Shown: piece by piece, positions 1 to 11,759 of the stretch
How positions within the stretch are numbered: the first letter of the stretch is position 1
Layout: each line of letters begins with the position of its first letter
Assembly (NCBI GenBank): GCA_010093815.1
Contig: ML996582.1
Origin: Pseudovirgaria hyperparasitica
Lineage: Eukaryota
Length of the DNA: 64,000 bases
Reading direction: 5' to 3' (one strand)
Made by a program: the position numbers and the translations under genes
The notes under the pieces: model-generated
The model's input: the letters and a program-made list of their open reading frames with translations, nothing else
What the model was told of the DNA's origin: nothing
The model's database searches: none

Positions 1-209
1 AACGGTCTCTCTATGTATTTAGTTCTCTCTCTATCTAGTCTTTACTTTAAGAATTATACTATATTCTTATTATCTTTAAGCTATACTCCGCCGATCCGTT
101 TATTATATAATAGTCTATTACGGCTAGATCCTATTATATAACTCTATTTAGATATATATTCCTTATATAAGGAATATTATATATCTATTTATACCTGCCC
201 TTTTCATAG

Positions 210-691
210 TATAAGTAGTATAAGGGATAGTATAACACGTAGAAGAGGGGCCTATAATATAATAGGTAGCCTTAGATAATAATCTAAGGCTAAGGTAGGT
301 ACCTATAGGGAGAGCTAATTATAGATACTTAGAATAGGTATTCTAAGTAGCGTACTAGATAATTAGAAATAGAATATTAGTATTCTAAGTAATATACTAA
401 ATACTTAGAATAAGTATTCTAATTAGCGGACCTTAGTAGAACTATATAGACCCTTTAGACCCGATCTCTAGAGATAGTTCTATAGTAATGAATTTAAACT
501 TATACTAATATAATTACTACTTTACTCGCCTACTAGCTAGTTACTATTTATACTCTATTAATACTTACTATAAACCTACTTATAATTCTCTAAGCCTTCT
601 AAGTATCTTTATCTTTAGGAAAGCCGGGATACTCTATATAATAGACTACTTTAGGAATAAGTCGTATCCTTAGTAGAAAAGGTTTATTATA
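210..691 (+). repeat. LTR of family C (482 bp)
   Basis: Colinear near-identical copy at 32624-33105; RIP'd TG...CA termini. Confidence 0.88.
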
Positions 692-822
692 GTTTAATTA
701 CTCTACTTAGACTCCGAAGTAAGTATTTATACTATCTATTTAAATATAAAATAGTAAATAATAGATAGTCCTTATCTTTGCAAACCGCTCTACGAGTACT
801 AACTATAGAATAAGTTAGATAC

Positions 823-1424
823 TATTAGGCACGTGCCTGCCAGTTAATTATACATGTATATAGTAGTCGTATATAAGTAGTATACTCTACCCTTGAAGCA
901 GTAGCTTTAAGATTCGGTCCTTTTAGTATAGTTGCTTAGTACGTGGAGCCCGCCTCCTTATATAATCTTAAAGCTACTACGGGGTCACGGGTTTAACTCT
1001 TGGTCTAGTTAACCGTTATTAAATTTCGTATGATTCCGTTTAGCTTACCACGTTACGTGTACTTTATATACGTAATAGATAATATAGTAGTAAAGTTACT
1101 ATAGTAAGTTAGCGTGTCTAGTACTAGAGGCAGCATTACGAATATTAATTCTATATATATAGTTTATACTAGGCCTAGTATGGCTAGCGCGTATACTAGG
1201 CCTATTATAGCTAGTTTAGTTTATCTTTCGTAAGGTAGATGCCTATAATACGTAAGGGCACGCGCCTTTGAAAAGGGGAGATATTATTAGGCACGTGCCT
1301 ACTAGTTAATTATATATATGTATAGTAGTCGTATATAAGTAGTGTGCTCCACCCTTAAAGTAGTAGCTTTAAGATTCGGTCCTTTTGGTATAGTTGGCTA
1401 GTGCGTAGAGCCCGCCTTCTTATA
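823..1424 (+). mobile_element. TRIM copy 1 (140-bp LTR, 322-bp non-coding internal region, 140-bp LTR)
   Basis: Direct repeats at 823-962 and 1285-1424. PPT AAAAGGGGAG lies just before the 3' LTR. TSD GATAC at 818-822 and 1425-1429. Confidence 0.93.
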
Positions 1425-1785
1425 GATACCTTATTATAGAATTAGGGGAATAAGTTACGGAGCTCTAAAGGAAAAATATTAAACTTAGAAAAGCTAAAGA
1501 GGGCTTTAAAAGAAAAATCCTAGAATCTTTTAAAGATAAGCGAAGCGAACTCTAAGGATTTCTAATATAGATTAGAATATATCTCTAGATCTATTAAATT
1601 TAGAACCCGGAAGAATAAGTTATATTTACTACTAGACTACTAAAGGGAGACGTACTTACTTAGTTTAAACCCTACTTAAGGGACTTTATAGAAAACGATC
1701 CATAGAATTAATAGAATAATACTACTAAGATCTTTAAATATTTTAAAGAATTTAAGAAATATATTAAAACGACCTTTAGAGATAT

Positions 1786-4700
1786 TGTAAAGAGTAAAGA
1801 CGTAGAATAGTAGTCTAACAGTTCATAGAGAGACATAGAAATGTATTTATAGAGTAATCTCACTATTATACGAGGTTGATTCCTAACGAGTAGGAATCGG
1901 TTTATACGGTCTACTTATATAGTAACCTCGCTTAACTTAGCTAACTTAACACAGCTCTAGCCACTACGTGGCTATATAGATTAGAATAGTCTATATAGGT
2001 CCGTCGTGGTTCCCGTCCTAATAATATCCTTCTTCTTTTTATACTTTGCCCCGAAGCACTTAAGTATATATAATCCTAAGTCTCTATAATCTATCGTGTA
2101 TCTATATATCCGTAACTAAGTTCCTATAACGTTATAACCATCCTTAATATAGGTGAACTCGAGATTCTAGTTTACTTTTATTAGTTTATATACGCGCTTA
2201 TCCCTTGCTTCGTGGCTACTACCTAGGATATATAATTACTACTTTGGTCGAGTATATATTTAGCTTCGCTCGCCTTTGATTTTATTCTCTAGTATATCTA
2301 CCTCGCTCTTAAGGTAAGTCGTTAATTCATATACTATCTTCCCTAGTTTAGGTTTAGAAGGGTCTATAGTAGTCCATTCTTATTAGAACCGGTCCTATAT
2401 AACCTATTCGCGTTATTACGGTTACTAATTTAGCTTCATTAATCGCCGTTAAGGGTGGACGAATATTCCTTCCTTAGATCTCTAGCTAACGTGTATATAT
2501 AGATATCTAATACTAGTCCTATCTCTAAGCCTGCCTCCTCCTCTCGCAAGACTCGCTCTAAAGGTATTACCTTCTCCCCGGCCACGCCGGCTAAGAAGTC
2601 TACCTATTACGGTAGTATAAAGGCGCACTCTAAGTCGGAGAAGAGAGTAGCTAGGGCTGCTACTACTACTATCTCTACTACTAATGTGGCTACTAGTCGC
2701 TCTAGGTCCTTTTAGGACCTTAACATTCGCTCTAAACCCCAGCCTACTAATAATAAGGCCTAGGTCGCTAAGGATACTAAACGTAGTCGTGGTTTACGCC
2801 ATAGGAAAACGGCGAACTACGGTTTAATATACTATAAGTATATTAAGGGCTATGCGGCCGGCTCTAAATATCTCTTTCGCTCTAACTCTAGTATTAGCTA
2901 CTACTCTACTAACCGCGACGGGCCTATACGCCCTATCTTTACTCTACCTACCCGCTACCGCCGCTATACCGTAACTAGTAAGACTTATCTATAGGTAAGT
3001 ATAATAGGCTATCTTAATCTAGTATAATCTAAAGTAGTCCGCGCTAATATATTCTTAGATTCCTATGCGTATATAAGATATATATAACGACCTTCGCGTC
3101 CGCGAGACCCTCGGGGGTCCTTATAGCCGCCTACCTACTATATAGAGAGAGTTTAGAGAGCGCTATAAGCTCTTCCTAGAGGTTATTAAAGTATAAGTTA
3201 CGAGCACGTTAATTATTTTTAACACCTATTAATTTTTCTAGCCGCCGCGAGATCCCTAGTACCTAGGCTATCTATTCTAGAGAGTCTATTCTAGCTATAG
3301 AGGCCGTAGAGAGGATTCGCTCTATCCCCCCCTGTCCGTCTCGCGCTACTAATAGATCTTATAAGAGGTCTACTATTTCTCCCTCTAAGTCGCCTCGTAA
3401 GAGGGTATATATTCCCTTCTAGATTATTCTAGATCATATTAGCTAACTTTAGACCTAGTCACTACACTCCAGCGCTTAAGGCTCTTCCCTCTAGACTCTA
3501 ACGGATCAGGTTATTACTCTAGAGGCTAAGGTCGTCGTCCTCCGCCGCTATATCGTGCGGTTAGAGAGAACTATACTAGAGGTTAGGACGGATAATAAGA
3601 TAGAGGAGTAGCTCTATGGTTCTAGCTCTATGTGTTCTAGATCTACTATAGGTGGTGCGCGCCGGCTCTGTTTACCTAGCTTTTATCCGTTTTAGTCCTT
3701 TTTAGACTATTTAGATACCCGTCGGCTAGTTTCTAGTAATTTAATTCTTAACTTAACGATATTATATATGCGCTCGCTTAGCTTATAACTATCGGTTTCT
3801 ATATTCTAATTTTCCTTAAGTTACCTAAGTATGGGTACCATATATAAATTAGTTTATCTCTAGAAATTCTATTAGAGTACCTAAACTAGTAGCCTAGTAG
3901 TTATTAGTTCGGGTACTCTAACCTTTTATATTTCGTGTTAAGAGTTTAATTCTATAGTAGGGTACCTTTTTTTAGGTTCTTAGTCCTATATTTTTCTCAT
4001 ATATAATAGTCCATATTAGTCCATTCTAGACTCTTCTATATTATTCTATTATAGTATGTCGCGTTACGTTCCTAAAATGGTTATTTACGCTTTCTTCGCG
4101 TCTAGTAACCGTGCGACGCTTGAATTATAGAGCTACTATATAGAGTTTTCCTAGTGCGCGTCTAGATTTCCTAGTTTAGTACTTCGTTCTCTACGGTATC
4201 CTTCTTCTTTTTATAACGACCGCGACGTCGCTATACTTATATTAATAATATACTATTCTACATCTTTTACTTATACACAGCCATTATAGAACTTAAGATA
4301 TATACCACTAGTTCCTAGGTGTTCTCATTCTTAGTATAGTCCTTCTAACGGATTCTATATTTCTAAACACCGTCTTTATCGATCCTATATTCGATAATAT
4401 AGTCTACTTTAAACACGTCTAGTCTATCTTAGGGTATAATAGAGTATAACTACACGTTCGTGCGGCCATATACGTTAGGTTAAAATCTTTTAAGTAGTAA
4501 GACGTGGAACACGTTATAGATTCTTATATCGCTTCCTAAGTTAAGCTCATAGACTCTTATACCGATATAACGTTTAATTCGGAAGGGACTAGCCATTTTA
4601 TAATTAAGCTTCTTATTTACTCGCGACGTTTATATATTATAGACATTAAGAAGGACCTTATCGTTCTCCTCGTACGTCTAATCCTTAGCTAATCTATTAT

Positions 4701-7700
4701 AGTACTTCGTATACGAGTCGTTTACTTATTAGATTATAGCGTAATAGTTACGTACGGTTTCGAAGATTTTAATTACTAATTTCTAAGCGTGGACGTTCAC
4801 GTCTATTATTCGATTAAATTAGACCGTCTAAGGCTTAAAACCTATCCTTAGACTACGTCCGAGGTTCGCCTAGAAAGGTATAATATCTATTATACTATAA
4901 CGACTATTATTATATACGAACTCTACTATGCTTAGTAGGGAGGCCTAGTCGTTCTACTCGAAATTATAGAATACGCGTAGGTAGGCCTTAAGCGTCTAGT
5001 TCTATCGCTCTATCTAGCTATCCGTCTAAGGATGAAATGCTATAGACATGTTTCTATTTATACTTACCATTTTATAGAATAACGTCTAGAATTTGGACGT
5101 AAAGGTACTTTCTCGGTCCGTAACGATCCTTTTTAGTATACCATGGACCTTAATAATCTCGTTCTAGAACACCTACGCTAGTTCTTTAGATATAATCATC
5201 TTCTATACTAGGATATATCTAGACATCTTTATAAGTCTATCCACGATAATAAGAATAGAATTATAACTTATTCTAAGCATCTCGCTTAGAGATAAGTTAA
5301 CTATAAAGTCTATAGTAACATCTTCCTATATAAAGAGGGGGGCTAAAAGAGGCTATAAATTTCTATATAGCTTATGCCTAGGGGCCTTTATTCTTTAATA
5401 AATTAGATAAGTAGCTATCTATTCTTCGACGTACTTAGGTATATCTTTCTAAAAATAGTACTAACGAATTAAGCTTAGGGTACGTATATACCTAAAGTGT
5501 CCTACTAGGTTAGCGTTATAGTATCAGCTAACTACGTTAAATCGCGCGTTATCTATTAGTATATAGTACTTTCTATCGTAGTAAAGTAAGCCGTCCACGA
5601 AGGTCTACTTATAGTCTACTTTAGTCCGTAATAACCTATCTTACTATATTTTATATAACTTTAAAACTATCGGGTCTATCTTCTATAGATCTATAATTAA
5701 CTAGGCGAGGTTAATTAGATATTTACGCCGGGTATTATCGCCCTTCCTAATAGCGCTAATAAACGGCCTACTAGGGACTTCGGTACCGCGTCTTTAGTTA
5801 CCGGCTTTAGTCTTAGAGATTTAATTACCGGTATCGACGTTAGTATCTCGCTAATCATCTAATAACTTAAAATCTAACCTCGTCCTTAAGAGTTAGGCCT
5901 ATAGCTACTCTAGAACTCTATAGCTACTATAATTCTAGGCGCCTTCTTTATAGTTAGGTCTTCTTAACATTCTATTAGCTAGGTTTATACTTCTAGGTTA
6001 ATAGTAGATTATAAAGTGAAAGTTCGTAAGCTACTTAGTCTATTAGATCTATTAATGGTTTAAAACCGTTATACTTATAAACCCCTTTAAGTTATAGTAA
6101 TTAGTTAGTAACTCGACGTTATACATGGCACCTTTAAGATAATATCGCCACTATTTAAACGACTCTACTATTACTAGTAGCTCTTAGTTATAGATAGTAT
6201 ATCTAGTCTTAATATCGACTATTTTACGTAAGAAGAACGTAACTAGATGCCATTAGACCTTTTTAGACTTAGTTAGTCTAGGCTAGAAGAGAATACCTAA
6301 GATTATAAATTCTAACGCATCGGTTTTAACGTAGATAGGTTTAGTCGGGTCGAAGTACACTAGTAATAGGGCAGTTATAAATGCCTCTTTGATTTTCTTA
6401 AAGGAGGCCCTTTCGCCTTCCGATAATTCTATAGGCTACGATTTAATATTATACTATTTCTATCTACCGCGGACCGTAATAGATGAATCTATAGTAGTAG
6501 TACGCGCGTTAAGCGGTGCTACTAGCCGGGAGAAATACTTAATGAATTTTTAGTAGTAATTAGTAAATCTAATAAAGACACGTATATCTCGAACCGATTT
6601 TGGTTTAGGCTAGTCCATAATAGTAGCGACCCTATCCCTTTCTATAGTTATACCTTAATTAGTAATAACGAAGCTAAGGAAGTTAATATGGTCCTAGTGG
6701 AACTCGCATTTGGATAGCTTAATATATAGCTTATATTTTTCTAGCCTATCTAGGACTACGCGTACGTGCTAGATATGTTCTTCTTCGTTATTAGAGAAGA
6801 TAAGGATATTATTAAGGTATACGATGCACGTCGTGTCGAGTAGGCCTACTAGCGCGTTATTAATATACGCTTAGAAGGTTCCTAGCGCGTTAGTTAGTCT
6901 AAAAGGGACTACTATATACTCGAAGTATCTATAACGGGTTCTAAACGCCGTTTTCTACTTATCGCCCTTCTTAATACGTAGGCGGTAGTAGGCGTCGTGT
7001 AGATCGAGCTTAGTAAAGATCTTCACGCGCCCTAGTCTATTAATAGACTCGGAGATAAGAGATAGTAGGTAACGATTCTTTCGTATAATATTATTTAGGC
7101 TATAGTAGTCGATATATAGACGGAGACTTCTATCCTTCTTCTTTATAAAGAGGATTAGAGCTCCGGCTAGGGATATACTAGGCCTAATCTATTCTCGCGT
7201 AAGGTTCTTTTCGATATATTCTTAGAGGACCTATAGCTCGGGTTCTAATAGAGGGTAGATAGGTCCGTGTAGGGGTTATTAACTATCTTTAAGGTTAATA
7301 GTAAGGTCAGTAGGTTAGTATTAAGGTAATTCGGACGAGTCGATCGCTAACGCGATATATTAGTATATTTTATACTAATGTAGTAGGTTTTCGTCTACTT
7401 TAATACTAAGCTCTCTATTTTAAGTAAGTAAGAGGACGTAGATAGCGGAGATTACCTTTTTATAGTCCTTCTGGAATTATTTATCGTTAACTAGCTATAC
7501 TAGGTTCTATTATAGTAGGTACATGCGCTAGCCAGCTGTTTTCTAGATGAAGTCTAGTTTCGGGTTATATTTTTCGAGCTATAGTATACTAAGAATTATA
7601 TTAAAGGGACTATCTACCACGATAAAGGTTAAGTAGTAGGGTTTCCACTTCCTCCCGCTATCCTAGATGCCGTATTTAATAGTATAGGTACCCTACGATT

Positions 7701-9599
7701 TAATAGGACCGTTAATACTATAGAAGGTAGCATCTATTAGTACTTAAATGTCGACGTTAAGTTCTCGTGCTTATTAAGTCGATATAACGTTAGTAGCTAA
7801 ACCGCTATTAAGTATTATAGTCTAATGTTATCCACGAGGGACCTTAATAGGCCTAGCCTATAGTTTAATATACTAGTTAGCTAGTTATCCCTCTATTTTA
7901 GTTACGCCTATAAGTCGCGAGGGTTCCTTATAGATAGTTAGTTTTTTATATCGTGTACCGGGTAGTTAGGCGCGATATATTCTAGCTACTAGCACTTATA
8001 GTATATAACTAACTTAGTATCTATATTAGTATTTAGTAGTTTCCCTAAGCGGCACTCGGGTACTATATAGCCTATCCTACCATAGGTATAGTAGGTGACT
8101 TTAGGTCGTTTATACGAGTCGTTTCTCGCGTCTTAATATATTAACTAGTAGAAAGATCCGCGGTACGGGCCTCGTCTTCTCGAGTTCGTAGAGTGGTAGC
8201 GCCTACGAGGTGTTCCGCGCGATCTATTACTAAACTAGTCCTCTTTAGATAATTTTATATCGGATTAGATTAATAGGGATAGTCGTGCGCCTATACGATA
8301 TTAGTTATTTATTATATACTAATATCGTTCTACGAGATTCGCGAGTACCTAAAGATTAGTAGGGATAGACGTTATAAGGTCGATGCGTTCCTTTATACTT
8401 GGGTTAAGGGACCTTTTAAAGTTATTATATTATTAAACTATGCGATCTTCCTCGGCTTCTCTCTAAAGAGGTTAGAGATATTTAAGGAGTTATAACGGGG
8501 ATTATCTCTCTCGCTATTAAGTCTTAAAGATATAGCTCTAAGTCTATTTATATCGCTCGGCTCTATCGCCGAAGTATTAAAGAAGGAATTCAGTGAACGT
8601 GTCCTAGTTATACGTATCCTTAGGGTATTTAATTCGATGTGCCATCCAACGTTTAGATGGCGTTAGATCTAGGTAGTTCTATATGAACCTAATCTTATTA
8701 CTATCGTTCGTGAATAGGTAGAAGAATTAGCTATACTAGTAAGCCTATTTATAAAAGCTCCTCCTGGTTTTACCGTTAAAGTAAGGTAGTTTCTTAGGCT
8801 AAGGTAACTAGGATAGTAATAGACTTAGTTAGATTATTTCGGCTTAAGTTAGTCTATATTAGTGTAGATTAGTTACTACTAGTACTAAAGCGCGTAGTAC
8901 GGCTTTGAGTCTAGCGGTTTATCCTTATACTTCGTCGAGTTCGCGAAGTTACTACTCGAGCTAAGCCTAACGCTATCTCTCCGCGTGTAGCTTAGTATAT
9001 ACATCGTTATAAGGCGTGGTTAACGTTAGTTAATTCTAACGAATTAATTCGTTAACGTTAATAGGGTCTAGTCTTATAGTAAGGATAGGTCTAGTATAGT
9101 ATAAACTAGACCGCAATAGAGTATAATAGACTCCTTTCTTATTATCTAGGTAATCTTCCACGGTTATACGGAATGCCGTACTAGTTATTAGTACGATAGT
9201 CTATAGGGTATATTTATCGGTGGAGGTGGTCGTAGGGAGACTATTCTCTTCGTTTAGATTTAGAGAGAGTCTCTTATATAAGGTAGTGCCACGGGTATTA
9301 TAGCGCGTAGTAGGAGCTATCTCTATAAGCTACCGTCGTGCTATATAGAGAGGAATTAAAATATAAAGAGTAAAGACGTAGGATAGTAGTCTAATAGTTC
9401 ATAGAGAGATATAGAAATATATTTATAGAGTAATCTTACTCTTATACGAGGTTGATTCCTAACGAGTAGGAATCGGTTTATACGGTCTACTTATATAGTA
9501 ACCTCGCTTAACTTAGCTAACTTAACATAGCTCTGGCCACTACGTGGCTGCATAGATTAGAATAGTCTATATAGGTCCGTCGTGGTTCCCGTCCTAATA
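1786..9599 (-). mobile_element. Full-length RIP'd Ty3/Gypsy chromovirus, family A (7.8 kb)
   Basis: 238-bp LTRs at 1786-2023 and 9362-9599; TSD GATAT at 1781-1785 and 9600-9604; PPT complement after 2023. Minus-strand de-RIP motifs: CCHC ~7960-8010, RT VYLDD ~6808-6822, KLSKCEFH, integrase DVTMDF/IVDRLTK/IVTDRGS ~5100-5330, chromodomain RWKDYTKNENTWEP ~4310-4355. Confidence 0.95.
2503..3611 (+). pseudogene. Antisense intron-containing cargo gene inside element A; Zn-cluster-like Cys motif plus C-terminal coiled coil
   Basis: Predicted exons 2503-2994, 3059-3192, 3242-3404, 3453-~3611. Introns: GTAAGT..GCTAAT..TAG (2995-3058); ATAAGT (read as RIP'd donor)..TAG (3193-3241); GTATAT..GCTAAC..TAG (3405-3452). 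The spliced frame is continuous and all internal stops are RIP-revertible TAG/TAA. The 3' end is uncertain. Confidence 0.72.
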
Positions 9600-11759
9600 G
9601 ATATAGATAAATAAAGAATAGCTAAGAGATAAATCTAGTAAATAGTCTAGATAAAATCTACGTCTAACTACGCCTCTAAATTCTAATAAATCTCTAGTTA
9701 GCTAGGATAGAATAATAAACCCCTAATTCTCTAGTTCTATACTAGATTATATAACGATATTAAGGATAAAATCTCCAGAGAGAGAGACTATTCTACTAAC
9801 CTCTAAGAGTATATTAAGCTTATAGTCTAGATTAATAACTAACTATATAAGAGATACTATAAGAAAAGAGGGAAAAAGATCTTTTAACCCGTACTTAAAC
9901 GAGATACTTAGAAGGGTTATATTAATAAAGCCCTAAACTATCTATATAAGGGATTCTATAATAGACCTATACTAATAGAACTTAGTACCTTATAGATAAA
10001 ATATCTATCTAGTAAAGAAAGGGAGTAACTAAAGAAGAAAGGCAAGTATCTCTACTATAAAGAAAAGGGATACTACGCCCGCGAATACCCGAAAAACAAA
10101 ATTAAGAAAAACTAGATTAAGAACCTAGTATTAAGATAAGGAAACTTCGCTATAGAAAAGGAAGAAGTACCTTATATAGCTATATTATAGACTAGTTATA
10201 CTAACGACCTCTACTTTATATATAAGTTAGAAAAAGATAGTATAGATTAGTATCTAAAGAAAAGAAACGTTTTAATAGCTAGTAAATAACCCCTATTACT
10301 TTATAAAAAAATAGAACTATAGAAATACTTAGATATAATAAGAAGATCTAAAGTAACTAAAGAAACGGTATCTAAAGAAGTAATAATTAAAGAAAGTACT
10401 ACTAAGGAAGATAGTAAGGGAGAAACCCTTACTATAGAAGAACTATATAATAAGTTAATAATAGACTAAGACCCTACTACTTACTATATTATCTACTATT
10501 ATAGAAAATATAGAGGTAAGGATAATAGAGACCTATCTTTAAGAGAGGTAGAGATTTAACCGGAAGATAATTAACTTATCTTACTCTACCACGAGAAACA
10601 TAATAAGACCTCTTAGATTATCTATCTCTATAATAACTATCTTTACTATCTTTATAAGAAGTAAACCTAGGAATAGTTTCTATAATAGTATTAGAATTAA
10701 ATAATTCTAAAAGTCTTTAGAGATAAAGATATATAATAGTATAAAATAATTACTAAGGAAGCTAATAAAAATTACTTTATATTAAAACGGGTAGAAAATA
10801 AGGATTATCTAGAGAACTAATATACCTAATATCCGGACGTTACGTGCCGAACTCACCTAATATCTAAGGCTATTATATAGTATAACCTTTAAGTAGACTT
10901 AGATAAAATTAAGAAATAGGTTTAATCTATAATCTAACTTATATAGAAAATAGAATAGAAACTTAGTAAGCTACAAAAAAACTAGGAGGGCCGGATATAC
11001 TAAGAGAAACGGCCGAGCTAAAAAGAAACTCTCTTATATCTATTAGTAGCTTAGACGATAAAATATAAATATGTAAGAATAGGGTTATTGGATAGTAGTG
11101 TAGTTAGATAGAATAATAGGGTGTATTCTATTATAGAACGAATTACTACCGAACTCTTTCGGTAGAAATCCAAGAGTATATATATAAAGGGACGCCGATC
11201 TATCTAGTACGTAACTATTTACCGCCCTTCACGTTACCTCCTAACTCTATTAGCTAAGGTATATATAGGTCGGGTTCTACCTAAGGCTAAGTCCTAATAA
11301 TTATCCCTTCCCTCTAGGAAGCTACCCTTAGCGACCTAGATTATTATCTATCCCTATATCCCTATCCTAAGTCTCGTAAGACCTTAGTCGTTCTCTACGC
11401 TTTATCTTAGATACTTACCGATATTCGCCGATCTAAGATTTATATAAGCATTTTCCTAATAAACTAGATTTTATCTATCTTAACTTCTTATATAGGTGAG
11501 ATTACCTAATTAGGCCTAGCGTATCACGTAATGTGATTAGGTAAGCCCGGGTACTACCTATATTAAAATCTTTTCTTAGAAATATTCCTTTCTTTAAAAA
11601 ACTTCTTAACTCTTTATAGAGTTTTTTAGATTATTAGGTATATCACCCGATCCTTATAGATATAGATTTATATAGATTTACTATAATTTAGTACGATTTA
11701 CGTAATTTACTAATTTTCGTACCGTCCTTAGCTAGTAATAATATAATTCGTAATAATCT

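Larger units (their letters stand above)
210..11071 (+). mobile_element. Ty3/Gypsy element C: 5' LTR, gag and start of pol; interrupted by TRIM-1 and element A, truncated by element B
   Basis: LTR 210-691 (tataag...ttata, read as RIP'd TGTAAG...TTACA). De-RIP gag motifs at ~1520-1690 (AAGLLKGDALAWFEP-like) continue across the element A insertion at 9600 (ASDYASKFQQ, QFYTGL-like). CCHC knuckle CLYCKEKGHYARECP at ~10045-10090. AAAAAAC-TAG at 10976-10985. Confidence 0.85.
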
